Positions 49,643 to 58,486 of a DNA stretch of 64,000 nt are shown here, piece after piece. Every line of letters starts with the position of its first letter. The stretch's first letter is position 1. Location: contig JBKJLI010000002.1 in assembly GCA_046597065.1 (NCBI GenBank), positions 116,071 to 180,070 of the forward strand, read 5' to 3'. Source of the stretch: Candidatus Saccharimonadia bacterium (GTDB lineage: Bacteria > Patescibacteriota > Saccharimonadia > UBA4664 > SCTI01). Under the pieces are notes generated by a model. The model saw nothing but the letters and a program-made list of their open reading frames with translations, did not search any database and had not been told where the DNA came from. Both the position numbers and the translations under genes were made by a program.

Positions 49643-51445
49643 ATGAGTAAGCTCGATATTAAAACTTCCTGGGATTTAAGCCCATTGTTGAGTGGTGACA
49701 ACGACCCCAAAATTGCGGATTATCGCAAACAAACGTCAGAAGCCACCGATGCTTTTGTTAAGAACTGGCGCGAACGCGATGATTATTTGCATGATCCTAA
49801 GATACTGCGCGAGGCGCTCGACGAACTGAAAGCTTGGGAGGAGATGCCAGGTAATGCTAATGAGGTGGTCTACTTTCATCTGCGGTCTGAAGTTGAAAGT
49901 GACAATGCTACCGTAAAAGCCAAATATGGTCAGGCAATGGAGTTTTATCAGTCAGTCATCGTAAAGATGCAGTTCTTCAACCTTAAATTGGGGCGGATCA
50001 ATCCCAACGATCAAAAGAAACTGATAGATGCGCCCGAACTGAAACCCTTTCGACATTATTTAGTGCGTATTTTTGAGTCTGCCAAACACCGGCTTAGTGA
50101 GCCCGAAGAGCGTATCTTGACCTTAAAGTCGACTGTTGCCCGAGATAAATGGATGCAAATGACTAACGATCTACTAGCAAAACTGCAACAAGAGACCATT
50201 AACGCTCAGGGGAAGAAGCAAAAACTCGGTCTGGAAGGTTTGATTGGACTGTTCGAATCCGAAAACCAAGACGTCAGGGATCAAGCCGCCGCCGCTTTTA
50301 ATCGGCTACTGCTAGAGACCTCCTTTACAGCAGAAGCCGAAATCAACGCCGTACTGTTAAACAAAAAGATAGATGATGAACTGCGTGGATATGACAGGCC
50401 TGACCAAGCACGCCATATATCAGATGATATTCCTACAATCGCTGTCGATAAGTTGGTAGAAGCGGTTAGCGGCCGGTTTGAAATCTCTAAACGCTACTAT
50501 CAACTCAAGGCAAAGTTAATGGGCAAGGACAAATTGGCCTATCATGAGCGAAATATTCCTTATGGGGAGGCCAACCAGGACCTGAAATACGCTGATGCTG
50601 TAGAGCTTGTAACCGACATCTTTACCGGCATAGACCCTCAGTTTGCGGAAATCTTTACCAGTGCAGTCGAAAATGGGCGGGTAGATGTTTATCCTAAGCA
50701 AGGAAAGCGGGGCGGAGCATTTTGCACGATTGATGGTAAGCAGCACCCAGTGCTAGTGTTATTAAACTATAACAACAAACTCAGTGACATCCGTACGATC
50801 GCGCATGAGTTTGGGCATGCTATTAATCACGAGCTATCACGCAAACAAAACTCACTCAATTTTGACATCGGGCTGGCAACAGCAGAAGTTGCTAGTACCT
50901 TCATGGAAAGTTTTGCTTCTGCTCGCTTGATCCGCGATGCTAATGAAGAGCTGGCCTTTGGGTTGATGCTAGGGGAGCTTGGCGATCTTGTATCAACTGT
51001 GTTTCGCCAAACCGCTTTTTATAACTTTGAAACGGATCTACACCGCGAGTTCCGTAAAAATGGCCATCTGACTTATCAAGATATTGGCAAGATTTTTCAA
51101 CGCCATATGATTTCATATATGGGTGATGCGGTTGAGCAGTCGCCCGGATCTGAAAACTGGTGGATATACGTGATGCATTTTCGGGTAATGTTCTACGTTT
51201 ACTCCTATACCTCGGGGAGTCTGATCTCTAGAGCACTGGCGGCAAAGGTTCGACAGGATCCAAAGTTTATCGACCAAGTTAAGCAGTTTCTATCATCTGG
51301 CACATCTAAATCACCAGATGAGGTATTTTTAAGTATGGGTATCAATATTACAGATAGTGGCTTCTGGAGTGAGGGGATAGACGAAATCGAAGCATTGCTA
51401 GACCGAACCGAGAAACTAGCCAAAAAACTAGGCAAAATCAACTAA
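49643..51445 (+). CDS. pepF: oligoendopeptidase F (M3B)
   Basis: WDLS, GKRGGAF, AHEFGH, AEVAS.F.E, FYVYSY; start ATG 49643. Confidence 0.92.
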   Translation: MSKLDIKTSWDLSPLLSGDNDPKIADYRKQTSEATDAFVKNWRERDDYLHDPKILREALDELKAWEEMPGNANEVVYFHLRSEVESDNATVKAKYGQAMEFYQSVIVKMQFFNLKLGRINPNDQKKLIDAPELKPFRHYLVRIFESAKHRLSEPEERILTLKSTVARDKWMQMTNDLLAKLQQETINAQGKKQKLGLEGLIGLFESENQDVRDQAAAAFNRLLLETSFTAEAEINAVLLNKKIDDELRGYDRPDQARHISDDIPTIAVDKLVEAVSGRFEISKRYYQLKAKLMGKDKLAYHERNIPYGEANQDLKYADAVELVTDIFTGIDPQFAEIFTSAVENGRVDVYPKQGKRGGAFCTIDGKQHPVLVLLNYNNKLSDIRTIAHEFGHAINHELSRKQNSLNFDIGLATAEVASTFMESFASARLIRDANEELAFGLMLGELGDLVSTVFRQTAFYNFETDLHREFRKNGHLTYQDIGKIFQRHMISYMGDAVEQSPGSENWWIYVMHFRVMFYVYSYTSGSLISRALAAKVRQDPKFIDQVKQFLSSGTSKSPDEVFLSMGINITDSGFWSEGIDEIEALLDRTEKLAKKLGKIN

Positions 51446-51452
51446 TTATCAC

Positions 51453-51481
51453 TTGACAAACATAAGCATTTATAGTACTAT
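51453..51481 (+). promoter_or_regulatory. sigma70-type promoter of cassette 6
   Basis: TTGACA-17 nt-TACTAT. Confidence 0.75.
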
Positions 51482-51566
51482 GGCGCACATGTCCTAGGCC
51501 TGGTGCTTTGGGCAAGTTGTTCGAAAACCTGGCCTACCCAAACCCCCGTTCCTGAGGAGGAACTAC

Positions 51567-52010
51567 ATGCGCAAGTATAGCTTCACCGAGTACATCAACT
51601 CGATCCTGTTCTGGGTCGTCCTTGCTGGAGTGTCCGCCTATTTTGGGGCCTCCCAGGATGCCACACTCTACGTGCTGACGGTGATTTTCGCCTTCGGTGC
51701 GGCCAAGAGCATGGTCGGTGCCATCAGGATGCGTCCGCACTACGATGACAAGGTGAACCAGATGCACGCCAAGAGAGCAATTCTGTTGGGGGTCGCATTC
51801 TTCGGCAGTTCTCTCTGGGCTCTGCAGTACTACGAAAGCGACTCGTTCGTCTACAGCTTCTTGCAGGGATCCGCGATCTTCGGAATCGTTGTCGTCGCCA
51901 TTGCGATGACCGTTATCGACATGACAGAGCAGCGGGGACAAGATCGCATCGATTACGACGACGCTGCCGGAGAGCCGGTACACGTCATGTACGTTCCGCG
52001 TCGCCGGTAG
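51567..52010 (+). CDS. orphan 4-TM membrane protein; cassette 6
   Basis: SD GAGGAGG; codons dominated by TTC/ATC/TAC/GCC/AAG. Confidence 0.8.
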   Translation: MRKYSFTEYINSILFWVVLAGVSAYFGASQDATLYVLTVIFAFGAAKSMVGAIRMRPHYDDKVNQMHAKRAILLGVAFFGSSLWALQYYESDSFVYSFLQGSAIFGIVVVAIAMTVIDMTEQRGQDRIDYDDAAGEPVHVMYVPRRR

Positions 52011-52025
52011 GCCCCTCGAACACCC

Positions 52026-52076
52026 GCGTCCCGTTAGGGGTGGTGCAGCTTTTAGCTGCACCACCCCACGGGGCGC
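52026..52076. terminator. long GC-rich hairpin ending cassette 6
   Basis: GGGGTGGTGCAGCT-ttt-AGCTGCACCACCCC extended by GCGTCCCGT/ACGGGGCGC. Confidence 0.7.
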
Positions 52077-52096
52077 TTGTCATTACTGCCCCAAAT

Positions 52097-52140
52097 TGCT
52101 ATTATCCACATGAAGAGTCGGCCCCGGTCGGCTGTTTTTA
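52097..52140 (+). promoter_or_regulatory. nusA promoter and weak leader terminator
   Basis: TGcTATTAT, then AGTCGGC-cccg-GTCGGCT followed by GTTTTTA. Confidence 0.5.
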
Positions 52141-52189
52141 TCCCATCTTTTGATGGCACATTTAAATAACATTAGAATAGGAACTTAGT

Positions 52190-53443
52190 ATGAATGCACA
52201 GTTTATGGCCGCAATCGCCCAGATTGCCGAAGAAAAAAGTTTACCCCGCGAGACCATTTTAGAGACGGTAGAGGCTGCCTTAGCCGCCGCCTACAAAAAG
52301 GATTATGGCGACAAAGACCAAGTGGTGCGAGTAGCGTTAAATGAGCACACCGGAGAAATGAAAGTTTTTGTTTCAAAAGAGGTGGTGGCAGATGATAAGC
52401 CTGACGAAGACTTTAATGATCAGCTGCATATTCGATTAATAGACGCTAAAAAGACCGATAAAAAGGCTAAGCTAGGAACTGAAGATGAACCTTATATGGT
52501 AGAGTTTGCGGTCGATCCAGGCGAAGGCTTTGGCCGCGTAGCTGCCCAAACCGCCAAGCAAGTGATAATTCAGCGTCTACGTGAAGCCGAGCGTGAGATT
52601 ATTTTTAATGAGTACACCGATAAGGTTGAAACCATGCTGAACGGAAACGTCCAGAGGGTTGATGGCAACATTGTTTATGTTGATATCGGGAAAACCAACG
52701 GTGTGCTGTTTGCATCAGAGCAGATTCCTGGTGAGCGTTACTATCCCGGCCAACGCCTAAAAGTATTTTTGGTGCGAGTTGAGCAGTCGGCACGCGGGCC
52801 CCAGGTGGTGTTAAGCCGCGCCCACGCCAAAATGGTAGAGCGCTTGTTTGAGCTTGAGGTGCCCGAAATTGAGACCGGTACCGTAGAGATCATGGGCGTG
52901 GCCCGAGAGTCAGGTGTGCGTAGTAAAGTAGCGGTGAAGTCAAATAGCGATAGCGTTGACCCAGTAGGTACGTTTGTTGGTGGCCGCGGCGCTCGCGTTC
53001 AGGCCGTGATGGGTGAGCTTGGTGAGGAGAAGATCGACATCATCCTTTTTAGTGAGGATGCCGAAACTTACATCATCAACGCTCTTAGCCCAACCAAGGT
53101 TATCGCCGTTACTTTGGATGAAGCCGATCGCAAAGCCATTGTGAAAGTTCCCGAGGATCAGTTAAGTTTAGCTATTGGTAAACAAGGGCAAAATGTGCGT
53201 CTAGCTGCCAAGCTAACTGGCTGGAATATCGACATTACTAGTGCTGATGAAAGCAAGATAGAGGCTACGGCCGATGCTGCCGCTCCCGAGCCTAAGCCGG
53301 GTCGTAAAGATTTAGAGGGTTCGCTAATTGATGCGGTTAATAGCCAGGTTGACGGTGGGGAAGTTACAAAAGAGCCTCAGAATGAGCCTGAGCATATCAC
53401 CGAGTTAAAGCCCGAAAATGATCCTGCCGACAAGCCAGAATAA
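52190..53443 (+). CDS. nusA: transcription termination/antitermination factor NusA
   Basis: FGR.AAQTAKQVI.Q, LFELEVPEI, SLAIGK.GQNVRLA. Confidence 0.98.
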   Translation: MNAQFMAAIAQIAEEKSLPRETILETVEAALAAAYKKDYGDKDQVVRVALNEHTGEMKVFVSKEVVADDKPDEDFNDQLHIRLIDAKKTDKKAKLGTEDEPYMVEFAVDPGEGFGRVAAQTAKQVIIQRLREAEREIIFNEYTDKVETMLNGNVQRVDGNIVYVDIGKTNGVLFASEQIPGERYYPGQRLKVFLVRVEQSARGPQVVLSRAHAKMVERLFELEVPEIETGTVEIMGVARESGVRSKVAVKSNSDSVDPVGTFVGGRGARVQAVMGELGEEKIDIILFSEDAETYIINALSPTKVIAVTLDEADRKAIVKVPEDQLSLAIGKQGQNVRLAAKLTGWNIDITSADESKIEATADAAAPEPKPGRKDLEGSLIDAVNSQVDGGEVTKEPQNEPEHITELKPENDPADKPE

Positions 53444-53512
53444 GTGCTAAAATAACTAAAGACGCCGTGGGCGGCGTAGACTGAAAAAATTCCTCAAAAT
53501 CCGATATTGTAC

Positions 53513-53539
53513 TTGGCACTCTAGGCCATAGAGTGCTAA
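53513..53539. promoter_or_regulatory. CIRCE operator (HrcA box)
   Basis: TTGGCACTC-N9-GAGTGCTAA versus consensus TTAGCACTC-N9-GAGTGCTAA (1 mismatch). Confidence 0.88.
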
Positions 53540-53570
53540 TATAGGGATAATTAGTAAGGGATGGTAGCTA

Positions 53571-56051
53571 ATGTCTGTAGAGTTTGGGCCCCAGTTTGAT
53601 CGTTTTACCGAGAACGCCAAGCAGAGCTTGGAGCATGCTGATGCTGTCGCCCGATCAATGGCATCGAGTTATATTGGCACCGAACACATTTTACTGGGAA
53701 TTTTGCAGCAGGATGGTTCGATTGGGGCCAAGATTCTACGTAATGCGGGGGTAACTTTAGAGAAGGCTCAGATGGTGCTGAGCTTTTCGCCAAAAGTAAT
53801 TGCTCACAATCACAAGGGCTTAAGCGAGACTGCCAAAAACACACTTACACTTTCGTGGCGGGTCGCCAGTGAGTTTGGCCAGCCTTATTCCGGTACCGAG
53901 CACATTTTGTTCGCGCTGTTAAGCCAAAAAAACGCCCGTTCTAATACTTTGTTGCGTGAAATGCAGGTCGATCCGATGCTGGTGCGCGGTGAGCTGGAAA
54001 GCTATCTTAGCAACCAACAGTTCTTTCCGGTTGATGAGCCAGTCACTGCTGGTACTGGACAGCGCGGCAAAAAGGTTAAATCCAAAACGCCAGCACTTGA
54101 TAATTTTGGCGTCGATCTGACAGCTAAGGCTAAAGATGGTCTGCTCGATCCAGTGGTTGGCCGCGAAACCCAAATCGGTCGCGTCATCACCATATTGAAC
54201 CGTCGCTCTAAGAACAATCCGGTTTTAATTGGTGAGCCTGGGGTTGGTAAGACGGCAATTGTTGAGGGCCTGGCTCAACGTATTATTAGTGAAGACGTAC
54301 CGGAAATGTTGCAGAACAAGCGGGTGATCATGCTTGATTTGGCTAGCGTAATCGCCGGTACCAAGTACCGTGGCGAGTTTGAAGAGCGTTTAAAAAAGCT
54401 ACTCGACGAGGTTACGGTTAACAAAGCGGTAATACTGTTTATTGATGAGCTGCATACCGTAGTTGGAGCCGGAGCCGCCGAAGGTGCGATTGATGCTGCC
54501 AATATCTTAAAGCCAGCCTTGAGCCGCGGTGAGATTCAAGTGATTGGCGCCACAACTTTGGATGAGTACCGCAAGCATATCGAAAAAGACTCGGCATTAG
54601 AACGGCGATTTCAGCCGGTTCAGGTACCAGAGGCCACAGTTGATGAAACCATCCAGGTGCTTTATGGTCTGCGCCCGCGCTATGAGGAGCATCACCGAGT
54701 AGAGATTTCTGATGAGGCAATTATTCAGGCAGCCAAGCTAGCCCATCGCTACATTGCCGATCGCTTTTTGCCCGATAAGGCAATCGATCTTATTGACGAG
54801 GCGGCTTCGCTGGTGCGAATTATGCGCGGCGGGGTAAGCCGACCGGTCCGCACTCTGCAAAAACAGCTAGCGGTCGCGCAGACAGAGATAGAGGAGGCGG
54901 TTAATGAACAAGACTTTGAACTGGCGGCTAAGTTAAAGACGCGTGCAAGTTTACTTGAGCAGCGCGTACATGCGGCCAAAGCTCGTGATGGTAGCGGGGA
55001 TGAATCACTGCGCATTATTGCCGAAGATATTGCACAGGTAGTAAATGTTATGACCGGCATACCGGTAACACGGCTTGTGGATATTGAGGTCAAAAGCTTG
55101 GTTGATTTAGATAATCGCTTGCAAAAGCACATTATTGGCCAAGATGAGGCAGTGGCCTCTATTGCCAAAGCCATCCGACGTAGTCGCACTGGCATAAGTG
55201 ATGCTCGACGTCCAATTGGTTCATTTATCTTTTTAGGGCCAACTGGAGTCGGGAAAACCGAACTAGCCAGAGTCTTGAGCGAAGAGGTTTTTTCAAGTCG
55301 TGAGTCGATGATTAAAATTGACATGAGTGAGTTTATGGAAAAGCACAACGTGGCCCGTTTGGTTGGCGCCCCGGCCGGATACGTTGGCTACGATGAGGGA
55401 GGTCAGTTAACCGAAATGGTTCGCCGCTCACCCTATAGCTTGGTTTTGTTTGATGAAATTGAAAAGGCTCATCCGGATGTGTTCAACATGCTCCTGCAAG
55501 TACTCGAAGACGGTTACATGACCGATGCCAAAGGTCGCCGAGTCGACTTCCGTAATACCATAATTATTATGACCAGCAACGTTGGAGCCGAAACCATGTA
55601 TCAAGAGGCTCAGTTGGGCTTTCAAGCTAAAACTCAGGCCGAAGAAAAGCAACTTGAACGACACCATGAGCGAGTAAAGGAGCAGGTGTTGGCCGCGCTA
55701 AAAAAGAGCTTTCGCCCAGAGTTTTTAAATCGGGTCGATGATGTGGTGGTATTCAAATCACTATCAAAACCAGAGATCGGGAGGATATTAGACTTGCAGT
55801 TGGCCGAGCTAACAACACGCGTCAAAGAGCAAGGCCTCAGCTTGCGCTTTTCATCGACCGCTAAAGATCTGCTAGTATCCAAGGGCTACAACGTTGATCA
55901 GGGCGCTCGGCCAATGCGCCGCGCCATCCAGGATTTGATTGAGGATCCGCTGGCGGTTGGTGTGTTGAGCGGCGAGTTTAAGGATGGCGACACTATTAGC
56001 ATCACGGCCAAGGATGGTCAGTTGAAGCTGCGAGTACCGACTAAAGCATAG
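53571..56051 (+). CDS. clpC: ATP-dependent Clp protease ATPase ClpC
   Basis: Clp-N repeats, [11 protein letters not shown] middle domain, [11 protein letters not shown] loop. Confidence 0.95.
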   Translation: MSVEFGPQFDRFTENAKQSLEHADAVARSMASSYIGTEHILLGILQQDGSIGAKILRNAGVTLEKAQMVLSFSPKVIAHNHKGLSETAKNTLTLSWRVASEFGQPYSGTEHILFALLSQKNARSNTLLREMQVDPMLVRGELESYLSNQQFFPVDEPVTAGTGQRGKKVKSKTPALDNFGVDLTAKAKDGLLDPVVGRETQIGRVITILNRRSKNNPVLIGEPGVGKTAIVEGLAQRIISEDVPEMLQNKRVIMLDLASVIAGTKYRGEFEERLKKLLDEVTVNKAVILFIDELHTVVGAGAAEGAIDAANILKPALSRGEIQVIGATTLDEYRKHIEKDSALERRFQPVQVPEATVDETIQVLYGLRPRYEEHHRVEISDEAIIQAAKLAHRYIADRFLPDKAIDLIDEAASLVRIMRGGVSRPVRTLQKQLAVAQTEIEEAVNEQDFELAAKLKTRASLLEQRVHAAKARDGSGDESLRIIAEDIAQVVNVMTGIPVTRLVDIEVKSLVDLDNRLQKHIIGQDEAVASIAKAIRRSRTGISDARRPIGSFIFLGPTGVGKTELARVLSEEVFSSRESMIKIDMSEFMEKHNVARLVGAPAGYVGYDEGGQLTEMVRRSPYSLVLFDEIEKAHPDVFNMLLQVLEDGYMTDAKGRRVDFRNTIIIMTSNVGAETMYQEAQLGFQAKTQAEEKQLERHHERVKEQVLAALKKSFRPEFLNRVDDVVVFKSLSKPEIGRILDLQLAELTTRVKEQGLSLRFSSTAKDLLVSKGYNVDQGARPMRRAIQDLIEDPLAVGVLSGEFKDGDTISITAKDGQLKLRVPTKA

Positions 56052-56056
56052 ATACA

Positions 56057-56078
56057 TTCGCTTTATGTTCGGTTTATG
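56057..56078. repeat. 11-bp tandem direct repeat in the radA promoter
   Basis: TTCGCTTTATG TTCGGTTTATG (10/11) abutting TAGCAT -10. Confidence 0.6.
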
Positions 56079-56091
56079 CTAGCATTTAAGT

Positions 56092-57426
56092 ATGGCTAAA
56101 AGTAGCACCCAGTTTGTCTGCCAAAAGTGTGGCGCAACTCAACCCAGGTGGGCTGGGAAGTGCGACCGTTGTGGCGAATGGAACTCGTTGGTTGAGACAG
56201 CGCCAATGAGCCCAAAAAATGCCGGCGGAGTTGCATTAAAGCCAGAGAGGGTCGGCGAAGTGGCTGCCAGTAATATGTCTCGCTTTGGCAGTGGCATAGA
56301 ACAGGTTGATGTCGTAGTGGGTGGCGGTATTGTTCCCGGATCGGTGATTTTGCTGTCGGGCGACCCTGGCATTGGTAAATCAACGTTGGTGCTTCAAATT
56401 GCTGCGGCAGTATCAAATGGTAAAAAAGTCTTATATGTCAGCGGTGAAGAGTCAGCGGCACAGATCAATCTTAGAGCAGAGCGGTTGGGTGTAGGTAAAT
56501 CTCATCTCGATTTGCTCGCGGCAACATCGGCCGATGGTGTAGCTGCAACCATAGCCCAAGGTAACTATGAACTGGTAATTGTCGACTCTATCCAAACGAT
56601 GGCCTGCGACGATTTAAGTGGTAGCGCTGGCAGTGTAGGCCAGATCAGTGCTAGTGCTCAAATTTTACAGCGCGTAGCCAAACTGCAGCATGCGGCCATT
56701 ATTATGATTGGGCATGTAACCAAGGAGGGCTCGATTGCCGGGCCCAAGATTCTGGAGCATTTGGTAGATGTGGTTTTGTACATGGAGGGTGAAAGGTATG
56801 GAGCATTTAAAGCATTAAGGGGGGTAAAGAACCGCTTTGGCTCAACCAGTGAAGTAGCCATATTTGAAATGGTCGACAGTGGTTTAGCACCGGTGCCAAA
56901 TCCCTCAGAAGCCTTGCTAGCCGAGCGGCAAGCGGCTCCAGGATCGGTGGTGCTGGCAACCGTCGAGGGCAGCCGGCCATTACTTGTTGAGGTGCAGGCG
57001 CTGGTGTCTAAGTCGCCGTTTGGGTACCCCAAGCGCACGGCCTCTGGCTTTGACCTGAATAGGCTTAATTTACTGGTTGCGGTGATCTCACGGCGGGCCG
57101 GCTTAAACTTGAGTGATCAGGACATTTATGTTAATATAATTGGCGGATTGAAGATAGCCGAACCGGCCGCCGATCTAGCAATCATTTTGGCAATTGCCTC
57201 CGCGTATCAAGACAAGCCAGTCTCACCAGAGTTGGTTTCGTTCGGAGAGGTTGGTCTAAGTGGCGAAATTCGATCCGTTAGCAATGTGGCCGGCCGCCTA
57301 AAAGAGGCCAAGAAGCTGGGCTTTCGTTACGCCATTGGCCCTAGCCGGGGCAATCCGAGCACCGGCCTGAACCAGGTTAAAACGATCAAGCAAGCGATCG
57401 AAGCTGCATTATCAAAGGTGACATAG
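56092..57426 (+). CDS. radA: DNA repair protein RadA/Sms
   Basis: C4 Zn finger, GDPGIGKST, KNRFG. Confidence 0.97.
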   Translation: MAKSSTQFVCQKCGATQPRWAGKCDRCGEWNSLVETAPMSPKNAGGVALKPERVGEVAASNMSRFGSGIEQVDVVVGGGIVPGSVILLSGDPGIGKSTLVLQIAAAVSNGKKVLYVSGEESAAQINLRAERLGVGKSHLDLLAATSADGVAATIAQGNYELVIVDSIQTMACDDLSGSAGSVGQISASAQILQRVAKLQHAAIIMIGHVTKEGSIAGPKILEHLVDVVLYMEGERYGAFKALRGVKNRFGSTSEVAIFEMVDSGLAPVPNPSEALLAERQAAPGSVVLATVEGSRPLLVEVQALVSKSPFGYPKRTASGFDLNRLNLLVAVISRRAGLNLSDQDIYVNIIGGLKIAEPAADLAIILAIASAYQDKPVSPELVSFGEVGLSGEIRSVSNVAGRLKEAKKLGFRYAIGPSRGNPSTGLNQVKTIKQAIEAALSKVT

Positions 57427-57487
57427 GCACCGATTATCAAACTAGTTTAAGCGATCCTATGGCGCTTATTTTGGAAGTAATATATTT

Positions 57488-58420
57488 ATGATTTTTAACA
57501 AAAAAGAAACAAACGCCGAACCTGCGGGTCTGCCGGCACTTAATGAAGTTGGCGTTCTAGTCGACACCTCGGTAATAATTGATGGTCGTATTGGAGACAT
57601 ATCTAAAGCCGGCTTTGCACCTGGCAAACTACTGATACCGCGATTTGTTCTGGCAGAGTTGCAGAACATAGCCGACTCTAGTGAGGCGATGCGTCGCGGC
57701 CGTGGGCGTCGTGGCTTAGAGGTACTACATGAAATGCGCCAATCGGGCGTAGATATGGAGATTATTGAGGACGATTATGCCGAGATTGGCGAGGTTGACG
57801 CTAAATTAGTGCGACTGGCCCGTGATCGTAAAGCCCATGTGCTTACTACCGACTACAACCTTAATCGCGTTGCGAGTATTGAGGGCGTTCGCGTCTTAAA
57901 CATTAATGAACTGGCTAATGCTGTGCGTCCGGTAATTCTACCAGGCGAAACCATGATGATACGAATAGTACAGGCTGGTAAAGAAAAAGGGCAGGGTGTT
58001 GGTTATCTGGCTGATGGCACTATGATCGTAGTTGATGGCGGAGATCGCTTGATTGGCCAAGATGTTAACTGTGAGATCACACGGGTATTTCAGACCGTTG
58101 CCGGAAAAATGTTGTTTGCCGCGCCTGTGGGTGGGGTAAAAGCTAGTGCGGCCAAACCTCATAATCGCCCACCTAAAACGGACAAAACAAGTGAGCAGCG
58201 CAGTGAACCGCGACCCAATACTTCTAGCCACGACAGTCGTGGACCACGCCGCGGCAAGGCTGAATCAGCTGGGCCTCGGCAAGACGCCCCTAAACCTCCG
58301 CAAAATGGCGGCGGTGAAGATCGAAACCGCAAACCGCGTAAACGCTTAAGCCCAACTCAACGGCTAGAAAACAGCCTAATGGAAATGACGGGCGGAAACG
58401 ATATTCAGCCAAATAGCTAA
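57488..58420 (+). CDS. PIN/TRAM domain protein (YacL-like, lacking the N-terminal TMs)
   Basis: [31 protein letters not shown]. Confidence 0.9.
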   Translation: MIFNKKETNAEPAGLPALNEVGVLVDTSVIIDGRIGDISKAGFAPGKLLIPRFVLAELQNIADSSEAMRRGRGRRGLEVLHEMRQSGVDMEIIEDDYAEIGEVDAKLVRLARDRKAHVLTTDYNLNRVASIEGVRVLNINELANAVRPVILPGETMMIRIVQAGKEKGQGVGYLADGTMIVVDGGDRLIGQDVNCEITRVFQTVAGKMLFAAPVGGVKASAAKPHNRPPKTDKTSEQRSEPRPNTSSHDSRGPRRGKAESAGPRQDAPKPPQNGGGEDRNRKPRKRLSPTQRLENSLMEMTGGNDIQPNS

Positions 58421-58486
58421 GACGACACAATTGGCCACTTATACTTACATTTTGATTTAGTTCTTCGGCCCCTTGGGATTACCCTT

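Noticed and set aside
51534-52064. 176-aa minus-strand ORF
   Set aside because: Antisense shadow of the C/G-ending-codon gene 51567-52010, which has the promoter, SD and hairpin.
54749-55348. 199-aa antisense ORF in clpC, and similar antisense ORFs in uvrA, uvrB, dnaE, mscS and recG
   Set aside because: Fully nested opposite well-conserved genes with no independent signals.
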